Shown here: positions 26,327-38,191 of the stretch, one piece after another
How positions within the stretch are numbered: the first letter of the stretch is position 1
Layout of the letters: every line of letters begins with the position of its first letter
Source: Styela clava
Taxonomy: Eukaryota
NCBI RefSeq assembly: GCF_964204865.1
Contig: NC_135253.1
Span: forward strand, 20,832,001 to 20,896,000
Direction of reading: 5' to 3'
DNA: 64,000 bases
The notes under the pieces: model-generated
Seen by the model: only the letters and a program-made list of their open reading frames with translations
Databases searched by the model: none
Told to the model about the DNA's origin: nothing
Made by a program: the position numbers and the translations under genes

Positions 26327-27604
26327 ATCTCAAATGTATATTTTAAAAACTACTCAGAGACACGCATACCACACATGCTTTTCACAAACTATTTTTGCAT
26401 CACATATTTACGACTTTCCAATCGTTACTCCTCTAACAGGCGGTGGGATTCTATATTTACCTTCGTAGAATATCATATTAAAAATGAATGCTTGTTATTT
26501 ATTTATTCATCTCCTTACCAAACAGAAATACCAAATATTTTGATCAGACCCGCAACGACGATGGAGCTTATATATAGAATAATCTTATTAAAAAGTACGT
26601 GTATAGCCGTGTGTATTTCTGGTAAAGCTATTTTTTTATAAGTCCTATTATATATATGTTGAAATTTCGGTGGGTGGCCGAGTAAACAATTCCTTTGCGA
26701 AATTTGATTGTTCGATTTTATAACATTCATTAAAGAGATATATAAATATGTAACAATTGCTTTCACAAAATGCTACTATAAAAATTCTGCAATGAATTGC
26801 TATGTAGAATGTTAAATAGGTAACGCGGACCGTAGAAATTGCTACTGTCAAACAAATACGTTTCCATAAAAGAGCTATTTTGTGTCTTTGCCTGAAGTCA
26901 AATATTGCTTGAAATATTAGACAAGGAAAAACACAAATTATTTAATTTCAGCGTAATATTTAATTTGGATTGGCGTATAGTTAATGCTTGGTGCGCAGGA
27001 TCTTTCTATCTATGTTGGTGTCGCATAGTTACAAGGTTATGTCCGGCATATAGACCACTGCGTAGAAACCAGGGTATACAGACTCTATGACAGAGCATAA
27101 AGATATCGGTAATTACATAAGGCATATCAGCTTCTCTAAATAACAGCTTTACTGGAGATCTTCTTTGAGCAAAAGTATATCTGATAGAAAAGTCCTGCAA
27201 AATTGTTAGAGCTTCTTCTTTGCAGAATTAACTATTTTTTTTGCAAAATAATTTAGCTGAAACAGTTCTGAATAAAATCTCAAACACAAAGAGTTTGGTC
27301 CGAATATACCTAAATCGGCTAACACATATTTTTCAATCAATTTACTTAACATGATTGTGGCGGGTATATAAATCCTGTTCAAGGAACGTCATTTGAATAT
27401 ACTCTCGTACCTTGAGTGGGTAATGTATTGTGTGCGTTTCTCCTAATTTTGTCTGTGTAAATAACAGAGGGCTGAACCGCTATAGCACGAATTCTAATAT
27501 TTGTTTTCCAGTGAGTTTTTGGCTAATTATAATATTGGCGTTCAAGCTATGTATGTATACAGGCAGGCCCAGTAGAATATCAGTCTACATATCAGTCTTT
27601 TTTC

Positions 27605-27714
27605 GGACCTTCTGAAGTATGCGCACCAAGATGACGCACAACCTGAACTAAGGTTGTGTACCACGCAAGGGTTCAGGTTATGCGACATCTTTGTGCGCAT
27701 ACTTCAGGAGTACC
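27605..27714. mobile_element. Family B MITE (short form)
   Basis: About 45-bp imperfect TIRs; perfect 8-bp TSD cttttttc. Confidence 0.88.
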
Positions 27715-28534
27715 CTTTTTTCTTTATGTATATTCTTAATTTGTGGCTTTGGACTTAGAAATAATTTAAGCTTGCGGCAAAGCTAATGGATGGGGTTAGA
27801 ATGAGTCAAGTATTTAATTAGGAATAGGGGATTGATATGTGGTCCGAATAGACATTTGAATAGAGATCCTAGACCTAGGATGCTGTTACTATATATGACT
27901 TTAGTTCAAGTTAACTTTTTTAGTGTTTAGAAATTCAGCTTAAAGCTCGACATACCCGCTGTGCTATAAATCGGATAATCGGGTATGTCGAAGTATATAG
28001 GTTTCATACATTTGGAAAATATAGTAGCAACATGCATACCGATGCGGTTCTCCTGGAGCTCTTTGTGGCAGATGGCTGGAAGTGGCGATAGAAGCAAAGC
28101 ATTTGACATTTAAAACTTTCAGTTACATGGGTTTGGCGTCAAGGCGCATTAAACAACAATGAAGTTGTGAACCGCATTTGAAAATCAACAAAATACCGAT
28201 TGAAATAACAAATGACATGTCACAAGTTGGTATACGCCTTTTATCTGAAGGATAACAACTTAAATGCCATGTTGTTTTCAGTAAAACTTGAGCAATAGCA
28301 GAAAATGCCAATTATGGAACCCGTGAAGTGTCTTGTGCGTTATTACGTCTAAATTTTCACTTATTACGACAATAATAATAAATAACTTATACCACTAGAT
28401 TGCAATCAATGAGAAAAAGCATTCTTCGCAATTTTTATGCAACAAATTATTCTATATCAAGTTATATCTATTCCAAGGTGTTTTGCTTCAATCAATCACT
28501 TTGTAAAGAAAGTCAATTTAAGTAGCGATATTGT

Positions 28535-28930
28535 CAAATCTTTCGAGTAAATGCCAGATCGTGTTTCTGCTCTTTGCTAACGCTAGTACCGTCCACTCGT
28601 GGTGATGGATTTCTTTTGACCGTAATTCTGTGGTTTGCACCTGCACTTGGCGATATCAAGTATATTCTTTATATCAGTTTATCAGAATAAATGAATTATT
28701 GCATAGAGCATATATCTCTTTTATTAACAACACAGGACGCCAAACAAAGACAGAACTCCTACATCAAATCGTTTGAGTAAATACCAGATCGTGTTTCCGC
28801 CGCACTATATAGGTTTGCTCTGCGATAACGCTAGTACCGTCAACTCGTGACTATCAGGTTTATTTAATATTGATGGATTTCTTTTGGTCACAATATTGTG
28901 GTTTGCACCTGCACTTGGGGATATAAGTAT
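28535..28930. repeat. Diverged tandem duplication (about 120-165 bp)
   Basis: gagtaaat.ccagatcgtgtttc, taacgctagtaccgtc and tgtggtttgcacctgcacttgg each occur twice. Confidence 0.85.
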
Positions 28931-29597
28931 CAGCTTGCGAATAGGCGGATAAGTGAAACTTAACTTAAAAACTAAATTGTTGTTTTGCTTTGCAATTCAA
29001 GAGTTTTGCTACACTAATACAAATGTATACGGAGTGCAGCAGGACTCTTGAATTGCATAGTATGGCATTTTTATTTTTGACACATCATCCTTGCATTATA
29101 TGCATACGGATCCAATAGAGCAAAGGCATTGAGGAAGGGTTGGGAGTTAGTCTCGCGTATTCTATACTGGTTGTTGTTCCTCGTTATGTTGTAATATGTG
29201 TCACTATTTATGACATCACTATCATTTGGAAAATTATCTTCAACTAACGCAGGATTTTTTGTAAAAAGCTACTGCCACCAATGCAAAAATGTGAGATTTG
29301 TGAAAAACACCGCGGCCACGTTTTAAAATAGGAAATTAGTATTTATTCAGTTAGAGTTATGATTTGTGTTGAGAATGATTTGAACAGTTGAATTTTCAGC
29401 GCAATCTGGATTTAACTAGATAGTTACTAATTTGTTCATTTTGAGTGGTGTCGTGGGTGCTTGTACAAAATCTCTCTAACGCTTTTCAACAGCATGTACG
29501 GATTAAAATTACGACGAAATGCTAGTTAACAATTAACTACTGACGCATTTTAACAGGATTGAAGATGAGTGTGTCCGTTTTTTAACTTACAAAGTTC

Positions 29598-29805
29598 CGC
29601 GCTCCAGAAGTATGTGTACCAATGGGGAGGCAACTAATTTTGTTCGCCTACTTTACATCAAGTTGTGTAAAGAGACGGAAGCCTATGGGCAGGTGGTATT
29701 TTCACTTGCCTATCACAAACAGTCCCCGAACTCGTAATAGAACTAAAATAATCGGAATAAAATTATGGCCTAACCCAAACCTGGTACACATACTACGGGA
29801 GTACC
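29598..29805 (+). mobile_element. Family A element
   Basis: Colinear copy ending 80 bp upstream of the gene 1 acceptor at 29885. Confidence 0.88.
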
Positions 29806-29970
29806 TAATTTTCTTATTACGGATTGAGTAAATTGAATCAACGTTGAAACATTGAAATTTATTCAACATTTTGTACTTTTTACAGCAATAATCATTTACT
29901 TTTATTTAATACTTGTGAGCTATGCAGCTTACTGGATAAATTGCGGCAAAATGGAAACATAAAACCAGAT

Positions 29971-30291
29971 ATGCATCCGATGCGCAAACTACTTTACCAC
30001 CGAGGAGTTGACGATCACATCGGGACTTACGTTACCGATTATGTCTACTCTGGAGTTTGTTTTCTACTTTGTATTCAACTAATTGTACGAATATATCATG
30101 AACGACGAAAAATGACGTCAGAGCAACGTATGACGTCTTCGTGTTGTAAAATTTCAAACTGGTTGCCATGGAACTGGCCAAAAGAGAAACCGACTGCTAT
30201 TGGTATTTCAACATATGCTGTTTTACTGTTCGGGTTTTCTAACTTTGTGATGATGTTGCTCGGAGGCTTAACACATCAGTTCTTGCAAACG
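29971..30291 (+). CDS. Gene 1 (7-TM CREST/DUF6962-like membrane protein), first coding exon
   Basis: Acceptor ttttgtactttttacag ends at 29885. The first in-frame ATG is at 29971 (alternative 29980). It encodes MHPMRKLL...YVTDYVYSGVCFLLCIQL...VMMLLGGLTHQFLQT (two hydrophobic helices). Donor ACG|gtgagt at 30292, phase 0. The frame is open back to the acceptor, so an upstream start cannot be excluded. Confidence 0.85.
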
Positions 30292-30682
30292 GTGAGTTGG
30301 ACTTAGTTTTATAATTTACTGGGCAAGTGAAATAATGTTCAAAATTTGCAGTGTTTCTACATACTTTTTGAATTCAAGCAACTAATCATGAATTCGTAAA
30401 CCAATTCATCTGTAAAGTTAAAAAATAATACTAAGCTTTTTCTATTGTGTTTCAAAATTTAGAAATCAAATATTCATATAGCAGTCTGTTTATAAATTTA
30501 TATACTCGGAAAAATGAATGTGTTGAAATTTTTGATCTTGTCTGCGAGATAGGTACCCGTATCGAAAATTAATATTATTCATTGGAAACAACATACAAAA
30601 CGTATTTCTTCATTTGATCTCCATATCGACATATCGAACTATGATTTTTTCATCTTCTTTTTTAATCAAAATTTACTTTAAG

Positions 30683-30799
30683 GTCGAACCCTACAATGAC
30701 GATATCAACAATTTATGGGATTGGTTAATAATCTGGAGAGTTGGCTCATCTTTTTCTGCCATTGTTTGTTTTAGTCTACTGATAATGACAGAACAGATG
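30683..30799 (+). CDS. Gene 1 coding exon 2
   Basis: tttaag|GTC ... ATG|gtaaat; 117 nt, phase 0-0; VEPYNDDINNLWDWLIIWRVGSSFSAIVCFSLLIMTEQM (one TM helix). Confidence 0.88.
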
Positions 30800-30926
30800 G
30801 TAAATATAATATGTACATATTTATGTAAAATGAAATACAAATGTGAAATTCAGTTCATTTTATTTGAAGAATATTGATCAATCCACATTTTAAAATAACG
30901 AAAATCTTGGAAACTATCTTCTATAT

Positions 30927-31177
30927 CAGGGGTGTGCAATGGGCGACCCACGGGCCATAACCCGTGGCCCGCCAAGACATTTAGTGCGACCCTTTTCCCC
31001 ATCGAGTATGAAGTCGCTCACACCAGTAATAATTTCTTTTTCTTTTTTTACTCCATTAAATCTTTTGCCGTTTTCCCCTGCTGATATCTTTATTACTGTA
31101 AAGCTGATCTATAGCCGTATTCTATTCTTTTATGTGTCCAGCTAAATGTCTAAAGTTGGTTATATGGCACAACCCTG
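30927..31177. mobile_element. hAT-type MITE (gene 1 intron)
   Basis: caggggtgtgca / ggcacaaccctg; TSD ttctatat / ttccatac (6/8). Confidence 0.7.
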
Positions 31178-31522
31178 TTCCATACGTATATTTCCTACAA
31201 AATTTTTCTAATAGTAATATTTAGTCCGTGTTATAAGTTCCCCGATTTAAGATGATGTAAGATGGTAAGCATGGATTTCATCTAAAATATTCAGCTTATA
31301 ATAAAAACATATTCAGTTTGGCGTCTGCGGTATCGAAATTTTACTAATTTCGCACCAATTATTAATATTTTTAATAATGATTTGGTTTTTATAGCGTGTT
31401 TTATGTCTCCGCTACAAAGTACATAAATGATTACCCAAAATATTCGTTTCACAGATTTTTTCGTACTTGAATTTTCGTAAATAATAATTGCATAATCCAA
31501 TTTTTTATTTTCGTTTTCGCAG

Positions 31523-31688
31523 ATAACTCAAGAAAGAGTTTTCCGAATCCCACACACAATTCGTGTTGGTTATTACATCATAATATTTGCAACAGTGGTG
31601 TGTTTCTTTGGAGTCAATTATATCCCCTTAACCGGCAAAGTGAAAGATCCGTTCAGTATAAGACAAACTTTTACTGTTACATTTGGAG
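31523..31688 (+). CDS. Gene 1 coding exon 3
   Basis: ttttcgcag|ATA ... GGAG|gtaaga; 166 nt, phase 0-1; ITQERVFRIPHTIRVGYYIIIFATVVCFFGVNYIPLTGKVKDPFSIRQTFTVTFG. It is absent from the ORF track because it has no start codon. Confidence 0.88.
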
Positions 31689-32619
31689 GTAAGAGTATGA
31701 TAAACACATCTATTGCCTTTATTTTATTCACTATGCTCACTGACGACAGTAGAGTTTTTTAAATGTAGATATTTCTGAACAAAAATGTTGTTTGACATAG
31801 TTTTACAGTTACATTTGGAGGTGAGAGCATGTTAAAGTATGTTGATGCTTCATTTTTATTGCCGCATACACTTTGGTACTCGAAGTATGCGTACCAAGAT
31901 GGCGGTTATTGCTTTTATATTATATACTATGCTTACATAGAGAAGCGGGATTGTTTTCTTGAACGTTTAAAATTTTGAACAAAAACATTGTGTGACAATG
32001 TTTTACTGTTACATTTTGGGGTACGAACACGTATGCTAATGCTTTGGTTTTATTACCACATAATTTTAACTTCCCTTTTTTTTATAACGTAGATATTTTT
32101 GAACAAAAACATTATTTATCGCGTACCTATATTGACAACATTTATTGGTTTTATACCATTAACTCTTCTTACTTTAAGACAGCGTTTTTTTTTGTTTTTT
32201 TTTAAGCAAAATGGCTCCTAAATAGAAAATTTAATCTGACTGCAATTGTAAAAAGAATTTTTTTGGTTACAATTGCTCCAGTAAATTACCTTAGCCCCAA
32301 AATAAAATTTTAAACTGCATTATCGCTGAAAGCGAACAAGCGTTGCAATCTATCGCTGATGCGCTAAAAGATATATAAAGTGTGCAAAAATCTGAGATTT
32401 GAGTAAAATACCGCCCACACGTATTTAAACAACACATTAAGTAATTATTAACCTAAGGTTGAGGGTGGGATTAGAAATTATTGAAATTTCAAATTTTTTG
32501 CGCAAACTTCTTTTTCAAACCTAACCAGACAATTACTAATTTTCTCTTTTTTGAGCGTTGGCGGTGGTGATTTTTGACGGGATTTTTGTACAAAAAAAGC
32601 GATCCGGTAGTATGTGTAA

Positions 32620-32838
32620 AAAAAGCGATCCGGTAGTATGTGTACCAAAATTTGGATAACAATTTTTTTTTCGCCTCTCTTACATCAAGTTGTGTAAAGA
32701 GACGGAAGCCTATGTACAGTGAGTATATTCACTTGGCCAACACAGACAGTCCCCAAACTCGCAATAGAACTAAAAAGAAGAAAACCGGAATAAAATTATG
32801 GCCCAACCCCAACCTGGTACACATACTACCGGAGTACC
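32620..32838 (+). mobile_element. Family A element (gene 1 intron)
   Basis: Colinear copy; its left end is part of a 26-bp tandem duplication (aaaaaagcgatccggtagtatgtgta x2). Confidence 0.85.
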
Positions 32839-32943
32839 CAAAATGATATACTTTTTAAGACTTACACAAGATGAATTATAACAAAACCCTTCTCCATCAT
32901 TGCGTTTTATTCCAATATAATTACAGATGTTACTTTATTGCAG

Positions 32944-33090
32944 TTGTAGTTCTTAACGGCATTGCTGCTCTGATTGTAGTTGTCTATCATTCCTGCCATA
33001 AAACCACAAGAAAGTCAACTCGCCCATACTCTACTGAATATGAAGGAAGATATTCTCCGTCGCATTCGCTGAATAGTAATTCTTTTTGTG
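32944..33090 (+). CDS. Gene 1 coding exon 4
   Basis: tttattgcag|TT ... TGTG|gtaagt; 147 nt, phase 1-1; VVVLNGIAALIVVVYHSCHKTTRKS...NSNSFC. It completes the TM helix begun in the previous exon. Confidence 0.85.
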
Positions 33091-33843
33091 GTAAGTAGAG
33101 GAATTGCAGATGAGTTATAGACTTAGTATACCTATGTTTCAGCTAAAACTTAAATTGAGCAGAGTAATGTATTAACAATTTAAATAAGTATAATCGTATC
33201 AGGAGACAATAAATAATTACACATCGTCAAATATGTTTACATATATGTAATTCACGCGAATATTCGATCTTTATCGCTATTCAAGTAATCGAGCCCTATG
33301 TTACATTCTAGACTTCATTAGGACATGTAATTTTGCATTATAGCCTTAATTTGGCTCAAACCTCATTCTCAACTATAATCAACGACGTGTAATTAAAATG
33401 AGTAAGTACTGCCTAAGCGGAAGGATTCCCATCATTTTCAAAATAATTATCATATACGCTCAAGTGACCGCTAGATCATAGATCGAGATAAAAGTGTGAA
33501 AATGCACTTGTGTATTCCACAAATGCCTATAGTTCTTTTACCAAAATTAATCTGATAGTTTCTGATAACAAACTACACAATCTATACTAATAGCTTTGGC
33601 AGGTGATGCTTATCCGAAAAGCAGAAACTTCCTTACAATTCAAAGGCTGCTTGGAGTTACACCTTTCTTTCTCTACTTTCGTACTTATTTTTTTTCGTGT
33701 CTTTCCTGTTATTCTTTTTTTCATTTTTTTTTTTCATTTTCGTTTGTTTTCTTCCAATTTTTACGAGGCAAATGCATATAGCTACTTTAAGAAAATAAGT
33801 AAATCATTTCTGGTATCTAACTATATATATCCTTATTTTTCAG

Positions 33844-33984
33844 ACGATCGGTCTATCTTGGGTTTTCTGTCTTGTAATGGATCAACTAATAGTCACCGTC
33901 AGGTCAGGGATGACAAACGCAAAAACCGCAGAAGATTGGAATTGTTTGCGATGACTTTAGCACCCTGGGTGTTCATAGTAGCGG
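33844..33984 (+). CDS. Gene 1 coding exon 5
   Basis: tattttttcag|AC ... GCGG|gtgaga; 141 nt, phase 1-1; DDRSILGF...RRRLELFAMTLAPWVFIVA. It aligns with the gene 2 exon at 63473-63342. Confidence 0.9.
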
Positions 33985-34514
33985 GTGAGATATCTTAAAA
34001 TTTATATGTTTTTTCAAACTTAAATTATGATCCAATACGCTTTACTTGGACGTTAACTTTAGTTATGATGTAAACTCAGAGGGTGCTACTCTGTTAAAAA
34101 AAATTAAAATGAAGTTTTTAATGGGTATTATTATGCACTTAAAACTGCTATATACAGAGAGTAAATTTCCATCTGATGTTTTGAAATAGTGTACTGCTAC
34201 AATGACATTGACTGTCCAGTCGTGAACGCAGCTTTGTTGTCGGAAAGAATTATACCATTTTTCAAAGATAATTTTAATTTTTATCTAAATGCTGGATAGA
34301 TTATTCAGAGATCTCTATTAAAATGCCGTATTTTTAAAGGATATTTCTACTATCTCATTATAAACGCCAAATATTTTTGTCAGAATGCATTCCAATCTGC
34401 TATTATTCATTTGTAAGAAACAATCATGCGAAAACTGATTGTAAGACATTCCAGAGAATTTTTCGACAAACGACATAATTACCTTAAACGTAGACCATTA
34501 TCCAGATTTCCGAA

Positions 34515-34800
34515 CTGACATGGGCTAACTACGACCTGGGAGCCAAATCCGACCCGTTTGGTTATTCAATCTGGCCCACCTAATGCTGCCACCAAACCAA
34601 AACCAATTTTTGATGTTTTAGCTAAAAAATAGTTGTAGGATTTTGTTGAGATTGCGATTAAATTTAGTTTTGGCTCGAGGCATATTGTTTTCCGTCATTG
34701 CTTTTGTAACACTGTAACTTCTTACGTCCCACTTACATGGCCCGTCAGGCTAGGTGGGCAAAATGTTTGGCACTTGGTCCAAAAACCTTGCCCACACCTG
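34515..34800 (+). mobile_element. hAT-type MITE, family D (gene 1 last intron)
   Basis: ctgacatgggctaactacg ... aaaaccttgcccacacctg; colinear with the other family D copies. Confidence 0.82.
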
Positions 34801-34879
34801 CTAGAATGTAGTTCATGGTATCTTCTCTATTGTATGACTCCAGATTGGTGCAAAAAAACTTTTTTTATTCTAATTTCAG

Positions 34880-35352
34880 GCGCAGCAAACCACTTCATGA
34901 AATCGACATGCGCCGATTCGGACGCTGCTCATATTGACCTTGGATGTCCTCTACCGGATTCATTTAACCACAACGCACTCATGCATGTAATGCAAATCGT
35001 TTCAGCGATTTCATTTTTTGTTGCGGAGAACATGGCGATCACAAGACGAAGTCAAATGGACGCTTCAAACATCAAAAGAGTGGCTACGTCATCGACAATT
35101 TATAATGACGTCATTAACAGTTCTGACATCACAGATGACAAAGATCGTGATGTAAAGAATAACAACAACAACAATAGAAATGATGACGTCATTCAAAACG
35201 TCATAAAACAACCAGACGTCATAATCATACCGGAGCTGGAGGAAACCGAAAGGATGAAAATACCAAAGTTTCCAACCAACCTAAATTATGAAACGTTATC
35301 AACTAATAATCGACATAGTTTGTATGATAATCTTTCCAACGTGCAGGTATAG
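34880..35352 (+). CDS. Gene 1 last coding exon
   Basis: taatttcag|GC, phase 1; GAANHFMKSTCADSD...GCPLPDSFNHNALMHVMQIVSAISFF...SLYDNLSNVQV-TAG. Strong protein similarity to the minus-strand ORF at 61940-62464. Exon lengths sum to 1365 nt = 454 aa + stop. Confidence 0.93.
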
Positions 35353-38191
35353 TTTCGTCCTTTCCGTCCATTTGTAGTGGTACGTATTTCTGCGATTGGT
35401 AAAAGGTTGGTAAGGTCTCTTAGGCTAATATTTTTTCCCCCTTTCCGTATTCCAAAAGCGCTGTTGAAAGCAGATTTCCTAGTATACGGTCTCTTGGGGG
35501 CAATCCTTGTGCTGTTAGCATGAGGTTTCATATAGTTTATCGAGATACTATTTTGAAAGGACAATTTACACATTATGCCAATGTGCACAAATCTATAAAT
35601 AACAAATATATGCAAAATTGCTGGAGTTAAAACCATGACAATGTTGCCATAATATGTTATTATTATATGAATTTTCTCTCTCAAAGTTCCAACATTTTAA
35701 TTTTTGTTTTATTTGTTGAATTATGTGCAATATATTAGTCATGTTTCCATTAGAAATCTTAAAATTATTTTATTTTTTTCTCGTGTAAGTAACGTACTCT
35801 AACTGTTTCTTGTATTTGAAATGGAGCATATTGAAAATTATTTTATTGGGTAGTGTTTTGAACATTTCTCACAATCTCGACCCAGTAGAATGGGTCAATT
35901 ATACCCATGGAACTACGAGAGAAGTTTCAACCAGAGGTCACTAGTTATACTGTAAGAAAAGAGTATTATTATGTTAGACTTACCATACCCCTATGTCGGA
36001 GTTATCTAAAAGCACAGTCCATGAATTGCATATGATATATAATAAAATAATAATATCTGGTGTTACTTGCCAAAATTTTAATTCAAACTTCAGTGGTATA
36101 TAAAATATTGACAATTCTATTTTCTCAATGAGTGACTTTGTAAGCCTATTTATAACAAGATCTTGCAAATCTGGTCAATATAAACAGGAAATAACAATAT
36201 AAATTTTTCGAATTTTTTAAATGTTTTTGCCATATTTGCGCAGACATTGAAAACATTGGCTAAATTTTTAATATTTGCTTCTCATCGGTTCAGCATTCGC
36301 TTACTATTATTAAAGTTTGATTTAGGCTTATTTGCCTCTACAAAAAACGCTATTTCATCGAACTAAATTAAACGTATTATAATGTTCCAGCATATGAAGT
36401 ATTATTTTATTATCATTACTAAATAAAATATCTATATTTTCCGCTTGTTTGAGTTTTTGTCGACTTTTGAATTGATACTACAGGCAGTGGCATCGCGCAA
36501 TTGTGCAACCGATAATACGTAGCAGAATTCGTAAGGACCGGGTAATTAAAATGGCTAGTTTGTTTACCGAAGCTATTCGTATATCTCAAATGAAACTCGA
36601 TACAGACTTGTTTTTAACATATTTATATTCGTTGCAAGTTTATCGCTATAAATTAACCGAATCATGTCAATCAAGAATTCTAGAAAAGATAAGATTTCAC
36701 ATTCAGGTCTGGCCAGTGTCTAAGCTCAATCTCTCACAGAATGAGAAATAATAAGTTTGATGACATATATATTTCGGCAATGTTTATCTGATTTAATAAT
36801 TAAATCTCGCCCAGTTGATGTAAAAATACAATTTAATTCTGATATATTTAAGCTACAAAACCCCACATAATTAAGCCTATTTGTCCATTTACAATATATC
36901 GCGTGCATAAAACAGAATTACGAAAAAATTCTTCATCATAAAATAGGGTAGATGCAAGCTATTCAGTGACACTGTCAAATTGTCAACAAACAACATTGAA
37001 AAATAATTTCTGCGTTCAGGTGCATTTTCAGAGTTAAAGTGTCAAAGGTCAACTTTGGTGTCGAACACACGCAGACTATCAGGTGTTCTATTTCACATAT
37101 AAGACATTGTTACTAAGCTTAAATTCAAAAAAGACATATGTTGTATTTACTCAGCTATACAAGGGTTAATATTTTAAATCGAACGAGATTTTGCGGTAAA
37201 ATACTTTTTGGGATAATCTTTCCCTTCTTTGTTGCGGTCTGAGCGTATTTGCCGATTTGTTGTGTGTTGACAAGCGTTTGTCGTCAGTTTCTCAGGTTTT
37301 GAGCGTAATGGTGCTAAGGATGTTTACGTAAGATTACAATTGGCTTATCCGAGCTAAGACTGGGGGCTGGGTGCCGTATAACAACTCTCCGCACTGAATG
37401 ATGGTATTTAAATTTTCATCGATTTGTTCCGATGAGATACCTGTCAAAATACTTGACCATTGTTCAAAATAAAAAACAGGATTTCGCAATTAAACACAAT
37501 GCATTATTGTCTACTATTTCATTCCTTTCACGCGATGCCACTTTTATATGTAAGCAGATGATTTTTTATAAATTTACAAAGAAATACAAGTCTTTTGCCT
37601 CATTTTGTTCTACATAAACTAAAAAACAAAACTCCTCACTAAATAACAGCGCGCCATTGTCTCATTTACCGATGGTTACTTTCAGCAAGGGATTAAACAA
37701 GTAGTCCTGGCTTGTGTATATCGAAGTTAAACATCTCAATGTGTTGAGCTGGTTTGAAGTTTATTGTTCATCTTTGAACGACGCTTATAAAAAACGATAA
37801 ATTTAAAATGATATCTTCGGATATGTTAGCTTTCGAATTTAAATACGTAATCAAAAACGTAACGTAAGTAATATTTTATATTAGTAGTATTTATAATATT
37901 TGTATTTTGAAGCACAAATTATTTTATATAATAAACTTAAATGCTTTTGATAGGTGTTCAGCTCTGCAATAACAAAAAGACAGTTTTTCGCCATTAAGTT
38001 CAACCAACGACATGCAAGAATAGATATTTCGAAGTTGTTTGTCATAACAAATATCACAACCGTGACAAAAGAAGCGTGTCAATCGTACCCAATCGCCGAC
38101 TTAAAATGAATACTTGAAATTGATAAAAGCAATGCATTTGTGACCTTATTTACTTTCGTCGAAAATGGCCATTTGTATGCGTTTATTGCTG

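Noticed and set aside
32927-32949. Alternative acceptor ttacag at 32926 for gene 1 exon 4
   Set aside because: In phase 1 it reads GAT GTT ACT TTA TTG CAG TTG TAG (stop); the acceptor at 32943 keeps the frame.
30110-35225. Clusters of TGACGTCA (CRE-like) palindromes in gene 1 exons and elsewhere
   Set aside because: The motif is scattered throughout the window in coding, repeat and intergenic DNA, so it looks like a genome-wide compositional trait.
29971-35352. Calling gene 1 a GPCR or assigning a known gene symbol
   Set aside because: It has 7 TMs but no DRY, CWxP or NPxxY motifs. The His motifs point to a CREST-like fold, and I do not recognise a named ortholog.
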